A stretch of 63,550 nucleotides of DNA, counting the filler, from Lenisia limosa (lineage: Eukaryota; Protista; Breviatea), in assembly GCA_001655205.1 (NCBI GenBank). It is 10 parts of 10 records of this genome, joined end to end, with 100 filler letters (N's around TTAATTAATTAA, not from the genome) between each part and the next. Parts side by side here need not be neighbours in the genome. Positions count along the whole stretch, not along the records: positions 1 to 17,232 come from LPNZ01010141.1; positions 17,333 to 24,161 come from LPNZ01009166.1; positions 24,262 to 33,413 come from LPNZ01003714.1; 7 more parts are not named here. One strand, 5' to 3'. The notes beneath the pieces are model-generated. The model made no database searches, was not told the origin of the DNA, and saw only the letters and a list, made by a program, of their open reading frames with translations. This document shows, one piece after another, positions 12,490 to 24,432 of the stretch. Numbering within the stretch: position 1 is the first letter of the stretch; every line of letters begins with the position of its first letter. Position numbers and translations under genes: made by a program.

Positions 12490-13200
12490 TGCATGTATTT
12501 CTTGGCTTGTCGGAGAGAGCCCCATCCACCGTCCCGCATTACCGCTTCAGACGATCTCTTCTTTTCGTTGTGAAGGACGGTAGCACGAGTGGTGGTGAAC
12601 TTTTCGTCAGCCTTGTCATCTATCCCTGAATCCTTTAGATAGCTGCGCAAGATGTTGTACAGTGCTCTTGTATTGACTATTGTTCTTGTGTCGGCCAGCA
12701 GAAGACAGCTCGGTGGGTATTGGCTGGGTTAGCGGCGGACTGGGCTTGGAGGGCTCGGAGAGTACAGGATCATGATCAATGAGGGGAGAGGACTCGTAAG
12801 TAAAGGTGTTGGAGGAGTGACGGGAATTCTTGGTAAATTTCACCGTCATGCTCATCGTCATAACCTGCGCGGTAAATGGCACGGATGACGATATTATTCT
12901 TGTTGGGGCCAGTCGGGGGGCGGGTGCGTACGAGCTTGTGAAACTGGGCGGACGACATATCTGGGGCCTGTTTGACTGGCTTGGACTTGTTGGCCTTGTT
13001 GATGCTCAGGGTCATTCTGGATAATTTGTAAGGTATGACTCGTAATCATTATACCTTTGGGCTGCATAATGGCCATTTATGGCTGCGTAATGGGCGAGTG
13101 CAGAAACATAGTCTGAGCAGGTCTGACTTCCCTTCATGCACGGGGAGATGTAGGCTATATTCAGATACAAGTCTATTTTCCGCTACCCTTTTATGATAAC
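12490..13200 (-). pseudogene. DIRS-type tyrosine recombinase, copy 3 (with internal deletions)
   Basis: DYVSALAHYAAING, SYAPAPRL, VKFTKN, ALYNILRS, HTRAT...RDGGWGSLRQAKKY. The H-x-x-R codons and ~200 bp of the N-terminus are deleted relative to copy 1. Confidence 0.85.
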
Positions 13201-13309
13201 CACTTCAATATCCTGCAGTTCATTTAAAGAAAAGGTCCCTGTTGAGCTATTTGGTGACAGATAATTTCAGCCTGATAATGAAGAAGGGGATTGTATCAAT
13301 GCAAAGATT

Positions 13310-13797
13310 TTGCGCTTGGGGCAGTCCTGCTTGGAGTGACCCGCCTGCTCACAGAAGAAACAGGAGTGGTTACAGGGGCAGGGGTTACGGAGTTGTAATC
13401 ACGGCAGATAAGCTTGCTGAATATGTTATAATATCCCATAGTCTGACATAGTAGCTACATTTTTCAATGACGCATACGTACATTATTATTGAACATACTG
13501 TATACTGATTTGTGACAAATATAATACCCACATACTTCTTCTTACTTGACGAGATGGACGCCAGGACCGGGGCGGGGCGAAGAAGGGACTAGACTCGAGA
13601 GAGTAATCGACGGAGGGTGTGGCGTCACTCGTGTTGGCCTGGGGCACGAAGCCTTCCTCGATGAGGGCACCGATGGCGGAGATATTGGTGTCACCGAGGG
13701 TAGGGGCCTGACCGATGGCACGGAAGATCGTAGAGAGAACCTGCTGGATGTGGAGAGACTCGATGTCGGGGAGGATGGCGTTGATGGTCCTGTAGAG
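13310..13797 (-). pseudogene. Gag/ORF1-like coding sequence with C-terminal zinc motif and a putative intron (13417-13545)
   Basis: CFFCEQAGHSKQDCP (CX2CX4HX4C), preceded after a 1-nt frameshift by ICRDYNS. A GTAAG...CAG intron joins the upstream open exon in frame (VHLVN-KLICRDYNS). Confidence 0.7.
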
Positions 13798-15989
13798 CTA
13801 TTAGATTATAAACACATCAGGTGGCACAAACCTGTTCGCGGAGGGAGGGGTACCGACAATGGAGGGATTAAGAGGTTTTCTGTAAAAAGGGGATTACACT
13901 TCAATACAGGTAGTGGTTCCCTACAGTCCGGCCGGGTTCGGTCCTGACCACTCAATCGAACGGTCCGGCCCAGTCCGGTCTTTTTGTGATATTCAAATGA
14001 GCGGTCCGGTCCGGTCCGGTCCAGATAGCTCAAAAAAAAACAAGTCAAAAAAGAGCAAAAAGAAAGAAAAGAACAAAAACACGAATTAGCTGCAAAAGTG
14101 TGGTTAACATCGCTTTATTCAAGATACGGAACAACAAATATTGAACAAACAACCTCGGGTGTCAATGTCTCAATTCCTCCTTATTACGTACTATGGGGGG
14201 AAAATGGTTATGCATATAATGGTCAGTTGACCATAATCTATCATAATTCTATCATAATTCTATCATGATTCTATGAAGAATTAGAGACTCTTTTCAAGCT
14301 CAGTTCACTTGTTTTTAAGTGAGACCCCCTTTTTACAGAAAACCTCTAAATCCATTGTCGGCACTACTACCTACATGTATATTGCCCACAATGATGGCTA
14401 GTACCCGAACTAGTGCTAGGAAGCGTGCGCTACCACCCCCAAGCCCATTGCCTCCCGTCTTCTGATGGTCAACACTCCCCTTGACAAAAAGAAGCGGGAA
14501 GATGTCGATTCCGACATTGATCTGGGACTCGGATGGGTACCTTGCCTCACCCCGATCCCTAAAATACCAGGTCTGCTTCTTAGGACATATTTACGAGTAT
14601 TAGTGTGTTATAAAACCCCCTTGATTATGGTCACCAATTTATGTTCTCTCATCATTGGTTTAGAATGCATGCTCCCACCTCCACGAGTAGCGACTTCGCC
14701 TTGGCTCTGATCAAGGAATTAAAGGTTCGCCTATATTGTCAGATAAAGACCAACAGATGATGTTTCAAGATTGGACCCGATTCAAATTACTAATGCCTCA
14801 ATCATTCTCACCTTTCAGAACAACTCCGAGCTCTGTGAGGTCTTTGGTGAACTGTACAAGTCCTCGGACACCTCATCCTCTGGGACACAGCTTCTCACTT
14901 GCGTTACGACTGGTGAGCTGAAGCGTGCCAACGCGATCATTCAGCCCATCCTGAGTTATGTTACTGTAAGGTATCAAATATTTGATTAAAAGGCATGCTT
15001 TAAGCTGATAAGATAATCAATCTGTTTATGTTTGTTTTTTTTTTTCAATATAAAGCAAGAACTTTCAAAAGTCTGTTTTTTCAGTGATTAGTGTGGATCA
15101 CCCTTTAATCTTTCAAGAAATTGTTGAACCAAACTCACCCACAATAAATAAGGCTCTCTGGGGGCTTTGGTCAGATCTGACCAGATAAACCAGCGTAGCT
15201 ATCCTCTTCACGTGTCGCGTTACCATGAAAGGAAGTTAAAATATGTGCAATAACAAAAAAGAATAAATAAACATAATAACAAAATTGCTTTATATTGGTG
15301 ATATAGATACATTCAGTTATTTCTTTGAAGTCATAGTTTCTTTCCCTCTTATTCATACAGGATTGGAGATGGCTCTTGGAGTGCTATAACTTCATTAAAG
15401 AATTTACGAAGTCTAAACATTGTTGGTTGACAATATTACAAAATACAATAGGGGCGGGCATCCAATTTCCATGTATACATGTATATATATGTACATATAA
15501 ATAATGTATTATATAATATGTATGATAAAATATATCATATATAGTAGATACATATATATCTAAGTTTTGGCCTGACTCCGCGACCCGATGACCCCATGAA
15601 GATACATATATTGTATATCATATATTATACCCCTGTCTGAGTGCGATCGCAAGTATGAGTGCGAGCGATGACAGAGCTGCCTAATTCCCATTTCGACAAA
15701 AATTCAATAAAAAAATCCTAAAATAAACGAGAATTTTGGACAATATAATTTCTGAAGAGGCAAGCAATGAAAGTTTCCGTGGCTGATTTTGAACTGAACT
15801 GCGTGGTCACCCAATTACCTAATAGCTTTTTTTTTTTTTTGAAACCCCCGTTTAAAGTGAAAAAAGANNNNNNNNNNATTGCTATTGAGTTGTCCTTCAT
15901 TTGGCATTGAGTTGCCCTTCAAGAACAAAGCCCTCGAACAAGAAGTTTGATTTCTTACATTCAACCACTCGTTTAACCTCTAAAGCTGT

Positions 15990-17068
15990 CAACAAGAACC
16001 AAAAATGACCCAGTATCACTGGCAATCGAGTTCCAAGTTCCAGAAAGTATGGAACTTTTTTTTTTCTTTTTTTTTCTTTTTTTTTTTTTTNNNNNNNNNN
16101 CTAATTCCCGCAAAGGATGGATGGTAAGCCAGTTAATATCGATTAAGTATCGAAAGCAAACCCATAAGATGATGAATACAGTCACATTTGTTTAGAACTC
16201 TGACTCCTTCCTCCACTACGTCAAGACCATCACCATCCCCCATATAGTTGAGAGAACGGTCCTCCTGACGATGCCGCTGCCTTGCTTCTCATTGACGGAC
16301 ACAACTCGCGCTCGACCCCAGCAGCCCTCGATCTTCTTGAACACAATATCACCCTCTTCCTTCTCCCTTCTCACACATTCCATGGCTCAGCCCGTCGATT
16401 TGGTGACATTTGGCGCTTTTAAGACAAAATTATCCGCAAAACATGACCGCATTTCATCGAGTCTGATAACATGTCTTTTGAGCTGCGTGGAGTGGACCCA
16501 ATTTCTGTCCAGAGTGCATTTGAACGTGCAGAGATCTTTGCAATACCCTTACTTCTAGGATCCACGTGTTACGATTAGACCGCCAGTTCTACTCAAGCGT
16601 TGCCCTGATGTGACCGATCTTGACAAACCTGTATCTCCACTGAAGTGGAAGTCTTTGGAAAGCACTGTCCTCAACGACACCCCTACCAGAAAGATTGTCT
16701 GTACGTACAAGGAGGGCACTGCACAAGGAGACAGTAGTAAACTGCTGTTTTACTGAATCATGTGCAATCACTACTGCTGCAAACCGACTATGAGATGCGG
16801 AAGCCACACGGTCTTCAACCTTGGCACAACAGCCCGTTGCAGTCCTTTGGTTTCTGAATCGGTTTCGGCAAGACCACCATCCCCTGAGCTTGGCCCTGGC
16901 CGATCTTCAATTGCTGAGGACTTTGACAAACGCAATCTTGAAGTAGCTGCTGAAATTGCAAAGGCACGTAGAGAAGAGAACAACAGGGTGGAGAAGGAAA
17001 AGAATGGTGAAGGAGCACGTGGACTTGGGTGTGGACGCGGACGTGGTAGTGGTCGTGGACGTATCTGA
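15990..17068 (+). pseudogene. pogo/Tigger-like DDE_1 transposase remnant with putative introns
   Basis: WM-NSDSFLHYVKTITIP, ALLLIDGHNSR, NITLFLLPSHT..QPVDLVTFGAFK, QSAFERAEIF match the DDE_1 pattern (LLLLDGHxSH, LPxHTSHxxQPLD). Frameshifted. Confidence 0.85.
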
Positions 17069-17232
17069 CGTGTCTAATATGGTGCTATTTCTACTCTGAG
17101 TTGACTAATAATATTTGATAGATTTGAAAGAACAAATTGGTGGTTTACATTAATATTACAGTTTGCTTTTTGCATATTCTCTAAATTCAACTCTTCTGTG
17201 AGGACGGGTATATATATCATATACATATTATA

Positions 17233-17332
17233 NNNNNNNNNNNNNNNNNNNNNNNNNNNNNNNNNNNNNNNNNNNNTTAATTAATTAANNNNNNNNNNNN
17301 NNNNNNNNNNNNNNNNNNNNNNNNNNNNNNNN
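17233..17332. other. Artificial contig linker N44-TTAATTAATTAA-N44 (also near 24162, 33414, 36036, 38921, 43314, 52735, 55631, 61156)
   Basis: The same six-frame-stop 12-mer sits between N runs nine times, each linker ~100 bp. Confidence 0.97.
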
Positions 17333-17659
17333 TGGCGATAAGCGCACCCTGTTCCGGAAGGGACCAAACTCAAAGGAGGAAATGAGACCCATCCCGGCTG
17401 GTATGGACTACAATGTATGGGGGGTATTCTCTTCTCTTCTTCTCTTCTTCTCTTCCCACCTCTTATCCTCTTTCTCTTTTCATCCAACAAATAGAACCCT
17501 CTTTGCGAGAACTGTGAGACATATACCCATTAATGGAACTATTGTTTTCGCTTGCAGAGTCATTATCCTTTTGAAAACATGTTGGGCTTATCAGTCATAC
17601 CTTTTTCTTCTTATCTTCCTGATTGGCATCATGGTTGGCATATTTGATTTTGATCCCTT

Positions 17660-18549
17660 TTAGCTTGAAAAAGACCCTCTACGCGAAAGAGAGCGCCAGC
17701 GCAATGTCTCACCCGGCCCGCGTCACAAACCAAGCATGCCTCAGACTTACCATGATTTCGAGCCCCTCGATATCCTGGGGCAGGAAATGCTCTGGAAAAT
17801 GGAAGTTGGTGGGGCTGTACAGTTTTACCCTTAGTTTTCTCAGAAGTATCATTCCAAACACACCAGGAATCTTGACATAAATATGCTCTTTTGCCGTTTC
17901 ACTGTTTAGGCTGAAGCTGAGGGCCCCGCAGCGAATCTCCCATGGACTGCTTTCACCGACAGGTTTGTTTTAATATCGGTTGTTAGAGTATAATGGAGAC
18001 TGGGTTTGTATCCAGTGCAATAAACACCCAACATAACCCCCCCTCCCAGCGACCAAGAAGTTGAATACGACGACTTCCACTCTCCAAAACCCTCGTTGGA
18101 CGAGGAGGTTGACACGAAACTCAAAGACACCCTGAAGAAGTGGCGCGAAGAAGACCCTTCTATCCCGCTGACACGGGCGGAAATGGCTGAAATAAACCGA
18201 AAAGACCCGCTTAAGGAGCAATTCCGCAAAGATAATCTTGCCAACAACTGGCTGGAAAATGGGCCGCGAAAGAGGCTCGGTAAATGGTCTGGTGTGAAGT
18301 TGAGGAAGGATCCAGAGCTTGCCAAGCCTAAGCGACTAATGCCACTTTCTACTCCGGTTTGCTTTCTTTCTTCTTTCATATTTGTGCCAGCTTTTATCCC
18401 CATAATGAAGGCAATAGTCGAACCTTTTTGTTGTGTTTCTTCTCATTTTATTCTTTAAGGAGCGAACGGAGTTCATTCGAAAAAAGTATAAGGAACCGCC
18501 ACTTTCCGAAGACAACCTTCATCCCTCAGACGTGATGGCTATGAGAGAG
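17660..18549 (+). CDS. Hypothetical multi-exon protein (charged; DEEVDTKLKDTLKKWREEDP...)
   Basis: Open, codon-biased exons bounded by AG/GT. No family recognised. Confidence 0.5.
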
Positions 18550-19454
18550 GTGGGGGGGGGGGGNNNNNNNNNNNNNNNNNNNNNNNNNNNNNNNNNNNNN
18601 NNNNNNNNNNNNNNNNNNNNNNNNNNNNNNNNNNNNNNNNNNNNNNNNNNNNNNNNNNNNNNNNNNNNNNNNNNNNNNNNNTGGCTTTTTTCTAAAAATT
18701 GGATTTAAATCCATTCATTTTTGGGAAGCGAATTCCTGAATATGGATAAAGGCTTGTTTACATACATGTACACATGTACGAAAGATTACATAGTATCAAT
18801 ATAATCCTTCTAAAGTGGTGTCTCACATCTGACCGTTCAGGTGGAAGCCCACCTCCAGGCCTCTATGACAGACATGTGGGACTCTATCGACATTGTGGAG
18901 GACAATATGTTCAGAATGGAGAGTACTGCTGTTGGGGGGGGGGGGGGTANNNNNNNNNNNNNNNNNNNNNNNNNNNNNNNNNNNNNNNNNNNNNNNNNNN
19001 NNNNNNNNNNNNNNNNNNNNNNNNNNNNNNNNNNNNNNNNNNNNNNNNNNNNNNNNNNNNNNNNNNNNNNNNNNNNNNTGCTCGATTGGACAATTGGAGT
19101 TATGGACTCAAATAGCTGTGTTCTTCAACTACAACCCCAGGTCTAAATATTAATGGCCTTCTTTTTTTAAGGATCTTATCTGTCTATGTACAATGTTGTT
19201 TCAACTGGTTGTTACTTTCTACTGATATGATATGTCATCTAAATAATAGTGCAAGGTGTTAGGACACTGGTTTTCAATTATTGCAATGAAACAGTTCGTA
19301 CTTTGGTAATTGTCAAACATTGTCATCTTGTCTGTATTCTATCATTATATAAAGTAATCCTTGAAATAACAAAGAAAGGCTGTACAAAAAGGAGTAATCA
19401 AACGGCGAGCGAAGATAAGAGAGAATACATTGGAAGAAGAAGAGGATACCATAC

Positions 19455-20490
19455 TTAGTTGCACCAGTCAGGGTCCGAATCGGAGTCTGTGTCTGAAAAG
19501 GCGTTCTTGCGGCGCTGGATCTAAAATCGTCATTCCGATACAGGAATCTGGAACTTCATGTTTATAACATCGGTGGAGGTGTAATAAACGTGAAATAATA
19601 TACTAGGTTAGAAGATATTTGGCCGGTGTAGTTTTTTATACAAGTACACTCAAGTCAATCCTTTTCCATATGATCACGTGATAAATTTGGAATAGAGAAG
19701 CAACGTGAGAAAAAAAAACATTGTGTGGTTGATGAAGATAAAAATCTTCAGAATGGGGCTCAGAAAGACTCAAAGAAACCTCATGCATACAGTGACCTTG
19801 GGGCGGTTTTCTGACTCCTGCTTTGAGATTTGCTCCAAAAGTCTCATCAGCTCACTTTCGTCAACTTTAGCCTGCATGTAACCAGGGTGAAGCTAAACAA
19901 CACTATTTGCAACTTGGTTTTACTCTCAGGCAGCTGATATCTTGCATTGCAATGAATGTTCAAGAGCATCAAGGAATATATCCACCAATTTTTTTTTTTT
20001 TATTGAATAGAATATTAGAGAGTATAATTTGCACAGACCCTCATACGCCAAGTTTGCCTTGTTGGGCCATTTGGAGGAGAAGGTTCTCGATTCCGGTCAC
20101 CTTATCGGGGTTCACCATTCGGATTCTGTTTACTGGAGGGGAGGGGTTAGGTCTCCTGTTTTATGATGGGGTTGGGGAAGGGTTGCATAATGTATTTGAA
20201 CTATCTACTTTTTATCGATAATTCAAGGGAAAAAAAAACAACAAATACCCCCCCCCCACAGCGTTCACGGGCGTCGGCAGTAGTGATTTGGAACATAATC
20301 ATTTGCCTCTGCTCCTCAGCCTCGCTGAAAGGTTGAAGTCGGAAGGTTATATCACAATTGGATTATTGGGGGGCATGTACGGTTGTCAGAATACAAAGAT
20401 AGTCAACAACAGCTCACCTCTTCTTCTTGGCCTTCTCCTCAGCGCTAACTTGCTCCTAAAATATCATTTACATGCCGCTGTGAAAATAAT
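19455..20490 (-). CDS. PDCD5: Programmed cell death 5 (PDCD5) family protein, multi-exon, 5' end in a gap
   Basis: Spliced reading EAEEQRQMIMFQITTADARERL-NRIRMVNPDKVTGIENLLLQMAQQGKLG-AKVDESELMRLLEQISKQESENRPKVT-IQRRKNAFSDTDSDSDPDWCN*, collinear with the PDCD5 pattern. Confidence 0.85.
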
Positions 20491-21164
20491 AATTGATATG
20501 GTTTCTCGGAGGAGGGGGGGGGGGNNNNNNNNNNNNNNNNNNNNNNNNNNNNNNNNNNNNNNNNNNNNNNNNNNNGCATAAAATGATTGAGGGTTAAAAT
20601 ATGACGATAATTAACAAAAAACAAAAGATATTGGGTGCGGATGTTCAACGCAGAGTTAGAAAAGAATGAAAGTGCGAAGATTGAAGAAGCACAGTGAGTG
20701 TGATCACTTACGTTGGGGAGATTCTTGATAGATTGTTGGATTTCGGCTTCGGACTGGAAAATTAGACTAACACGATTAGATATGTACCTTACCATTATGA
20801 AAGGGCAACAGGAAGAAGACTTGGGAACGACTTATTAAGTTTGAAAAATATGAGGGAATTATTTTGGGAGATCGCTCTTCTTTGAGTCTTTAGAACACGT
20901 TTCAAGCCCGTTTCTTTATTGTTTCATACTTTTATTATTTTTGAAAAAAAGTTTAAATAAAACGTTTTGTTTGTGCCCCCAATAAATATACGGTAATATT
21001 TAAGTAGAATAGTTTTCCAAAAAAGGCCTTTTTACGCTTCATCACAAGAAGTAAGTTGGCGTATTATTGTCATTTTAAAGGGCGCTGGGTGGATTTGTTA
21101 ACCCGTTGACAAAGTAATTTTATATCCAAGCTAGTATTTCCTTATCACGACCCAGAATGTTAAA

Positions 21165-24138
21165 CGACAGTGAAAAGGCAGCCCTTACGAAGTATCTTTC
21201 CCCGATCCTTGTCGACTTGTTGGTTTCCCACAGCCCTTTGCCCTTCTCACGCCTTCTAGGACCGATAGTGACCCCGATATTCTTGCTGAATACATTCTTG
21301 CCCTGATCAATGTTGAGCGCCAGCATGATGAGATCAAGACCAGTCTCCATGAGAAGCTTCTTGAGTTTCTTCCCGAGAGTATGGGGGGGGGGGGGANNNN
21401 NNNNNNNNNNNNNNNNNNNNNNNNNNNNNNNNNNNNNNNNNNNNNNNNNNNNNNNNNNNNNNNNNNNNNNNNNNNNNNNNNNNNNNNNNNNNNNNNNNNG
21501 AGATTATTTGATAAATCGTATTGTGTTGGAGCTCGGGGGTGTTGTGCACTGCAAGTGGGTGTATATTGGAGAGGACTTAAGTGTTGTCTGCAAAGACGAC
21601 CGGAATCATATACTTGGTTTGATTGATGTGATATGGGGTCTTCAGAAGCTCCTCTAGTTGTTTTGTTGAAATGTGTTTGTTGGGCTGTATTGTGGCTGCA
21701 TTTATTATTATGATTATTATTTCTCATATTGTGACAGTTTACCAAATGATACCTTTGTTTAGTTGTAACAAGGATGTGGGAAAGGGGCTTCAGGCATATA
21801 CGACTCTTTCATTGCCCCCCCCCCTCCCCAGATTTCGAAATGGACTCTTTCATTGATCGCATTTTCGACTACTGTGCTGAGAACAAGTTCATTATCGGAG
21901 GTGCGAAGGCAAATGTTAAGTGAAATGATGCCATGCTTGGCTTCAGACAGTTTATTTGACACGTTCATTTCATTGGGCTGTTTTTTGTATTAATACACGG
22001 GCTGTCTGTTTTTTGTATTAATACACGTAGCCGTTGAAGTGAGGCGTCCACGCAACATCATTGAGCAGGCTGCACGCGAGGCCAGTCAGAGCACCGCCAA
22101 GAGAGATGACCGCAAGGAATACCGTGACAGATTTGATAGAAATGACAGAAATGACAGAGAACGTGATACCAGAGAGTGAGAGGGGGGGGGGGTGAGAGAA
22201 ATATTTTTATTGTATCGTTAATCATGTTATTACTTGTGAACTATAAATCAATCATCATGGTGGTTTTGGCTATGATTAATGAAATTCACTAAAGGATTAT
22301 GCAATTGTTGCACTCGGGCATATCGCATAAGTAATACAGCGTGCACCTTTTTCATTGAAAGACTAAATTCATTTTTTACTGAGATTGAGCACTAGCCCCA
22401 GCTACATTTATTGTCAGAATTTGAGCAGGTTTATGATACTACGTTTTGAATGGAACACTTTGCAATACTGTTCTCTCACAAACCAGTCGTCGTGACAGAC
22501 ATGACCGCCGTGATCGTGGCGGACNNNNNNNNNNNNNNNNNNNNNNNNNNNNNNNNNNNNNNNNNNNNNNNNNNNNNNNNNNNTGTGGCGTCGTGTGGTG
22601 ATTATTGCGTGAATAATGGGTAAACTGGAATGAATATTTGGAGGGACATGAGGGGAAGTTCCCGACTTATCTATTTAGTGAAAATGCCGGAGGCAAGCCC
22701 AAGTCCCAAATCCCCTGCAAAAATTACTTTGGTTAGACAAACTAAATATCGTTTAAGTAACAAATGACTAGGTGAATTAATATATTATAATTCAATATCT
22801 CTTATAAGCGNNNNNNNNNNNNNNNNNNNNNNNACCAAAATCGTTAGATGATTTTGTTTCTAAGATTTAAATTACGATTCTTTGAGCTTTGATTGAAAAC
22901 TGATCTCTGATCTCATGACTTTAGATCATGGCCGCTGTGAAAATGGCTCAGACTGCCCCTACTACCATGGAGATAACAAAATCACGTGAGAGGGTTTGAG
23001 CACCTCTGCTAATACCCACGCACTACACGCCACATTTCACGCCATTAGCACGTCAACCACGCAAAGGTCACGCAGACTGTCACCCGACTCCGACGGCGGA
23101 TACGACCCGGTTGCGGCTGCAAACAACGTGGGGGGGGGGGTAATGGGATGTAAAGGGGTAATGTTTCAGTATTACAACTACGACTGATAAGTTGCTCTGA
23201 TCAATATCAATACTGTACCCCTCTGGTTCATCCATCTCCCAATACTGCACCCCTCTTGTTCATCCATTTCCCAATACTGCACCCCTCTTGTTCATCCATC
23301 TCCCATCTCTCCACCTTTCTCCTTCACCCGCTAGGCCTCTGGCAGCCGGCTGACTTACGATGAGAACCGCCGGGAATATCGCCGCAACCGTGACGGCCCA
23401 AACCAACCCGGGGTGGGGGGTGTAAGTATAAATGAAATAGATGGGGGTTCGTTTAACCATTTTGCATGCCCTTGACTCTTCCCTTTCACACTGCAGCGTA
23501 TGGTCGACAATGGCATTATCAATGGTATGAAGGGGCTTGGATGTTGTTGTTATTGGTGGCGGCGGNNNNNNNNNNNNNNNNNNNNNNNNNNNNNNNNNNN
23601 NNNNNNNNNNNNNNNNNNNNNNNNNNNNNNNNNNNNNNNNNNNNNNNNNNNNNNNNNNNNNNNNNNNNNNNNNNNNNNNNNNNNNNNNNNNNNNNNNNNN
23701 NNNNNNNNNNNNNNNNNNNNNNNNNNNNNNNNNNNNNNNNNNNNNNNNNNNNNNNNNNNNNNNNNNNNNNNNNNNNNNNNNNNNNNNNNNNNNNNNNNNA
23801 AACAGCACAGACCCTCAAAAACATTGAATCCCTCGGTGGCGCTAAGCTGTATGTATCATATTTATGACAATTCGTGTTGTATATTTCGATATTTTGTCAT
23901 ACTTCAATCTTTTGTTTGTGTGTGTTGGTGTGTTTTGTCATACTTCAGTTTTGTTGTGTTTTTCAGCTTTTTATTTGAGAATATAAATCAAGGATATGGT
24001 TCTGTTTCCATTCGATACCGGCTGGAGTGATTAACCGATGCAGTGGTCAGGGCCTCTTCGCTCAGCAGAAGCGTCGCAACCCGAATTTTGTGGTGGCCCC
24101 AACCCTCCCCACTGAGAACTGCGGTCCCGGCGGCGATG
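21165..24138 (+). CDS. PWI-domain RNA-processing protein (RBM26/27-like) with downstream Arg/Asp-rich exons
   Basis: AALTKYLSPIL and DSDPDILAEYILALINVERQHDEIKTSLHEKLLEFL (PWI-like), followed by RD-rich exons near 22090-22180, 22490 and 23340. Linkage of the distal exons is inferred. Confidence 0.55.
23208..23304. repeat. Tandem repeat, 32-bp unit x3
   Basis: CAATACTGCACCCCTCTTGTTCATCCATCTCC repeated head to tail. Confidence 0.9.
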
Positions 24139-24298
24139 TAAGGGGGGGGGGGTGATTGATGNNNNNNNNNNNNNNNNNNNNNNNNNNNNNNNNNNNNNNN
24201 NNNNNTTAATTAATTAANNNNNNNNNNNNNNNNNNNNNNNNNNNNNNNNNNNNNNNNNNNNAGGGGGGCAGAGCGACTGTTTTTCCATCATTACCATA

Positions 24299-24432
24299 TG
24301 ATGATCCGTCTTTATCTGCTTGATGATCTGTCTTTGTCTGCTTGATGATCAGCCTTGATTTTCTTTGATGATCAGCCTTTATCTGCTTGATGACCAGTCT
24401 TTATCTTCTTGATGACCAGTCTTTATCTTCTT
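24299..24432. repeat. Minisatellite, ~22-bp unit x6
   Basis: TGATGA(T/C)CAGTCTTTATCT(G/T)CT variants in tandem. Confidence 0.85.

Larger units (their letters stand above)
12111..14161 (-). mobile_element. DIRS-type element copy 3: gag-like ORF plus YR, no RT/RNase H, inverted terminal blocks
   Basis: Contains the gag Cys/His motif and YR. 12183-12259 is the reverse complement of 14080-14161. Confidence 0.7.

Noticed and set aside
13546-13947. Plus-strand Gly/Asp/Glu-rich 133-aa ORF
   Set aside because: It is the antisense shadow of the codon-biased minus-strand gag-like exon.
16589-16807. Minus-strand ORF ending KIGHIRATLE as an RNase H
   Set aside because: The opposite strand carries a much better continuous DDE_1 transposase match, so this is a shadow frame.
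17277-17288. Recurring TTAATTAATTAA palindrome as a biological motif (e.g. piggyBac TTAA target)
   Set aside because: Always centred in a 100-bp N linker; it is an artificial six-frame-stop spacer.
23208-23304. 32-bp repeats as a CRISPR array
   Set aside because: The units are head to tail with no unique spacers, the context is eukaryotic, and there are no cas genes.
24162-24261. Extending the PWI gene into exons at 24930-25700
   Set aside because: They are separated by an artificial contig linker, so linkage is unsupported.
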